NCBI RefSeq assembly: GCF_022045235.1
Contig: NW_027266273.1
Location: 434,001-498,000 of the forward strand
Direction: 5' to 3'
Source: Haliotis cracherodii
Lineage: Eukaryota
DNA length: 64,000 nt
Shown here piece after piece: positions 62,995 to 64,000 of this stretch. Under the pieces are notes generated by a model. The model worked only from the letters and a program-made list of their open reading frames with translations, searched no databases and was not told where the DNA came from. The stretch's first letter is position 1. The number at the start of each line of letters is the position of its first letter. Both the position numbers and the translations under genes were made by a program.

Positions 62995-63240
62995 TTTGAT
63001 ACGTCACTGGTCAAATAACCGGTGAAGTCACCATAGCGGTCGCTGGTGAGATCTATTGTGGGGTCTCAGATAAGTCACTCGTGAATCTCTTTTGAAATCC
63101 CCACAGCGGTCTCCAGTGAGATCACCGGGGATGTATCTCATAGGTCATCGGTCATATCTCCGTTGCGGTCATCGATGACTATACATCAAGCGAGATCACC
63201 GCTACAGTCCCCGATGAGATCTCTGGGTGGTCTCCGATTA
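62455..63240. repeat. Degenerate ~130-bp tandem repeat block with an embedded (GGT)n/(GT)n microsatellite
   Basis: Recurrent ggtgagatct...gtcactcgtgaaat motifs near 62581, 62712, 62846 and 63045; (GT)n at ~62960-62992. Confidence 0.65.
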
Positions 63241-64000
63241 TCAGTTATCTATTTATTTATAGATCGGGAAGTTCAGAAAAGCACCTTTAAAGAAAACATG
63301 ACGTGCTTGCCAATATAAGTTAGTGATTAACCTAAAATTCCCAAACACATACGTTCCCCAGGCACTCCAGTGCCTCTTAAATTCAAATATTTGAAATAGT
63401 ATCACATTAGCAGACGCCCACAGGAATGGTTTATTTCAAACGCTTGAGTGCAGATCTATTCATATCAAACGGGTAGTCCTAAGAGAACGAGACAAGCGGC
63501 ATGGTGGCATGAAGAAATCAAACAAGCAGGAATTTTATGATATTAGTCGTAAAAATAACCCGTCTTGTGTAATTTGTCACGCCCAATAAACAGCAGGTGG
63601 GAAAAAAGAACCGCCCATTTAATTAACTACAGTAAAAAGCTTATCTTCTGCACATGAGAAAAGTATATCTGCAGCTTGCAAGAAGAACGTTATGACATGG
63701 GGCCATGGTGGTTTGGGAGGGGTGGGAATGAGGGAGGGGTAGGTGTTTGGACGTCACGTGCACTTTGAGTACAAATCAGGTGAAAATTATACTTATTTCC
63801 GGCTTCGGAGAATTCACGACCACAACCATAATGCTGTAGGAATAACCCAAAATGACAGATTAATGTGTTTCTCAAGAAGAACACTTCTGAGTGAGATAAA
63901 CGTTTCATGGTTTACGATTAGGTTATCTTCATTAGATGTGACTTTGGTGCCGCTTTTGATATCCCCCGAGTGACACGTGGGCTTACTTTCACAGAGAACT

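Overview
Eukaryotic, AT-rich, intron-containing DNA, probably from a gastropod mollusc. The interspersed repeats resemble abalone/vetigastropod repeats as I remember them; this is inference, not a database result. Most of the window is one giant minus-strand gene for a secreted tandem von Willebrand factor A (vWA) protein. I reconstructed it by hand from GT-AG sites and phase matching: a candidate TATA box and non-coding first exon near 58.7-58.8 kb, a signal-peptide exon at 54145-54219, then 45 more coding exons down to 1707. The total is 13,903 nt of frame-consistent CDS (at least ~4,630 aa), and the gene runs off the left edge. It encodes 22 vWA domains. The four N-terminal ones are divergent and lack an intact MIDAS. 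The other 18 are single-exon, Cys-bracketed and MIDAS-intact, separated by short Pro/Thr-rich linkers. No Gly-X-Y collagen helix is present. Notable structure includes a near-identical ~2,042-bp tandem array, older two-domain duplication units, and exon-restricted sequence homogenisation against unrelated introns. There are also candidate 6-nt microexons, candidate stop-bearing alternative terminal exons and a CpG gradient. Introns carry tRNA-derived SINEs, MITEs, a Kolobok-like element, mini/microsatellites and one assembly gap.
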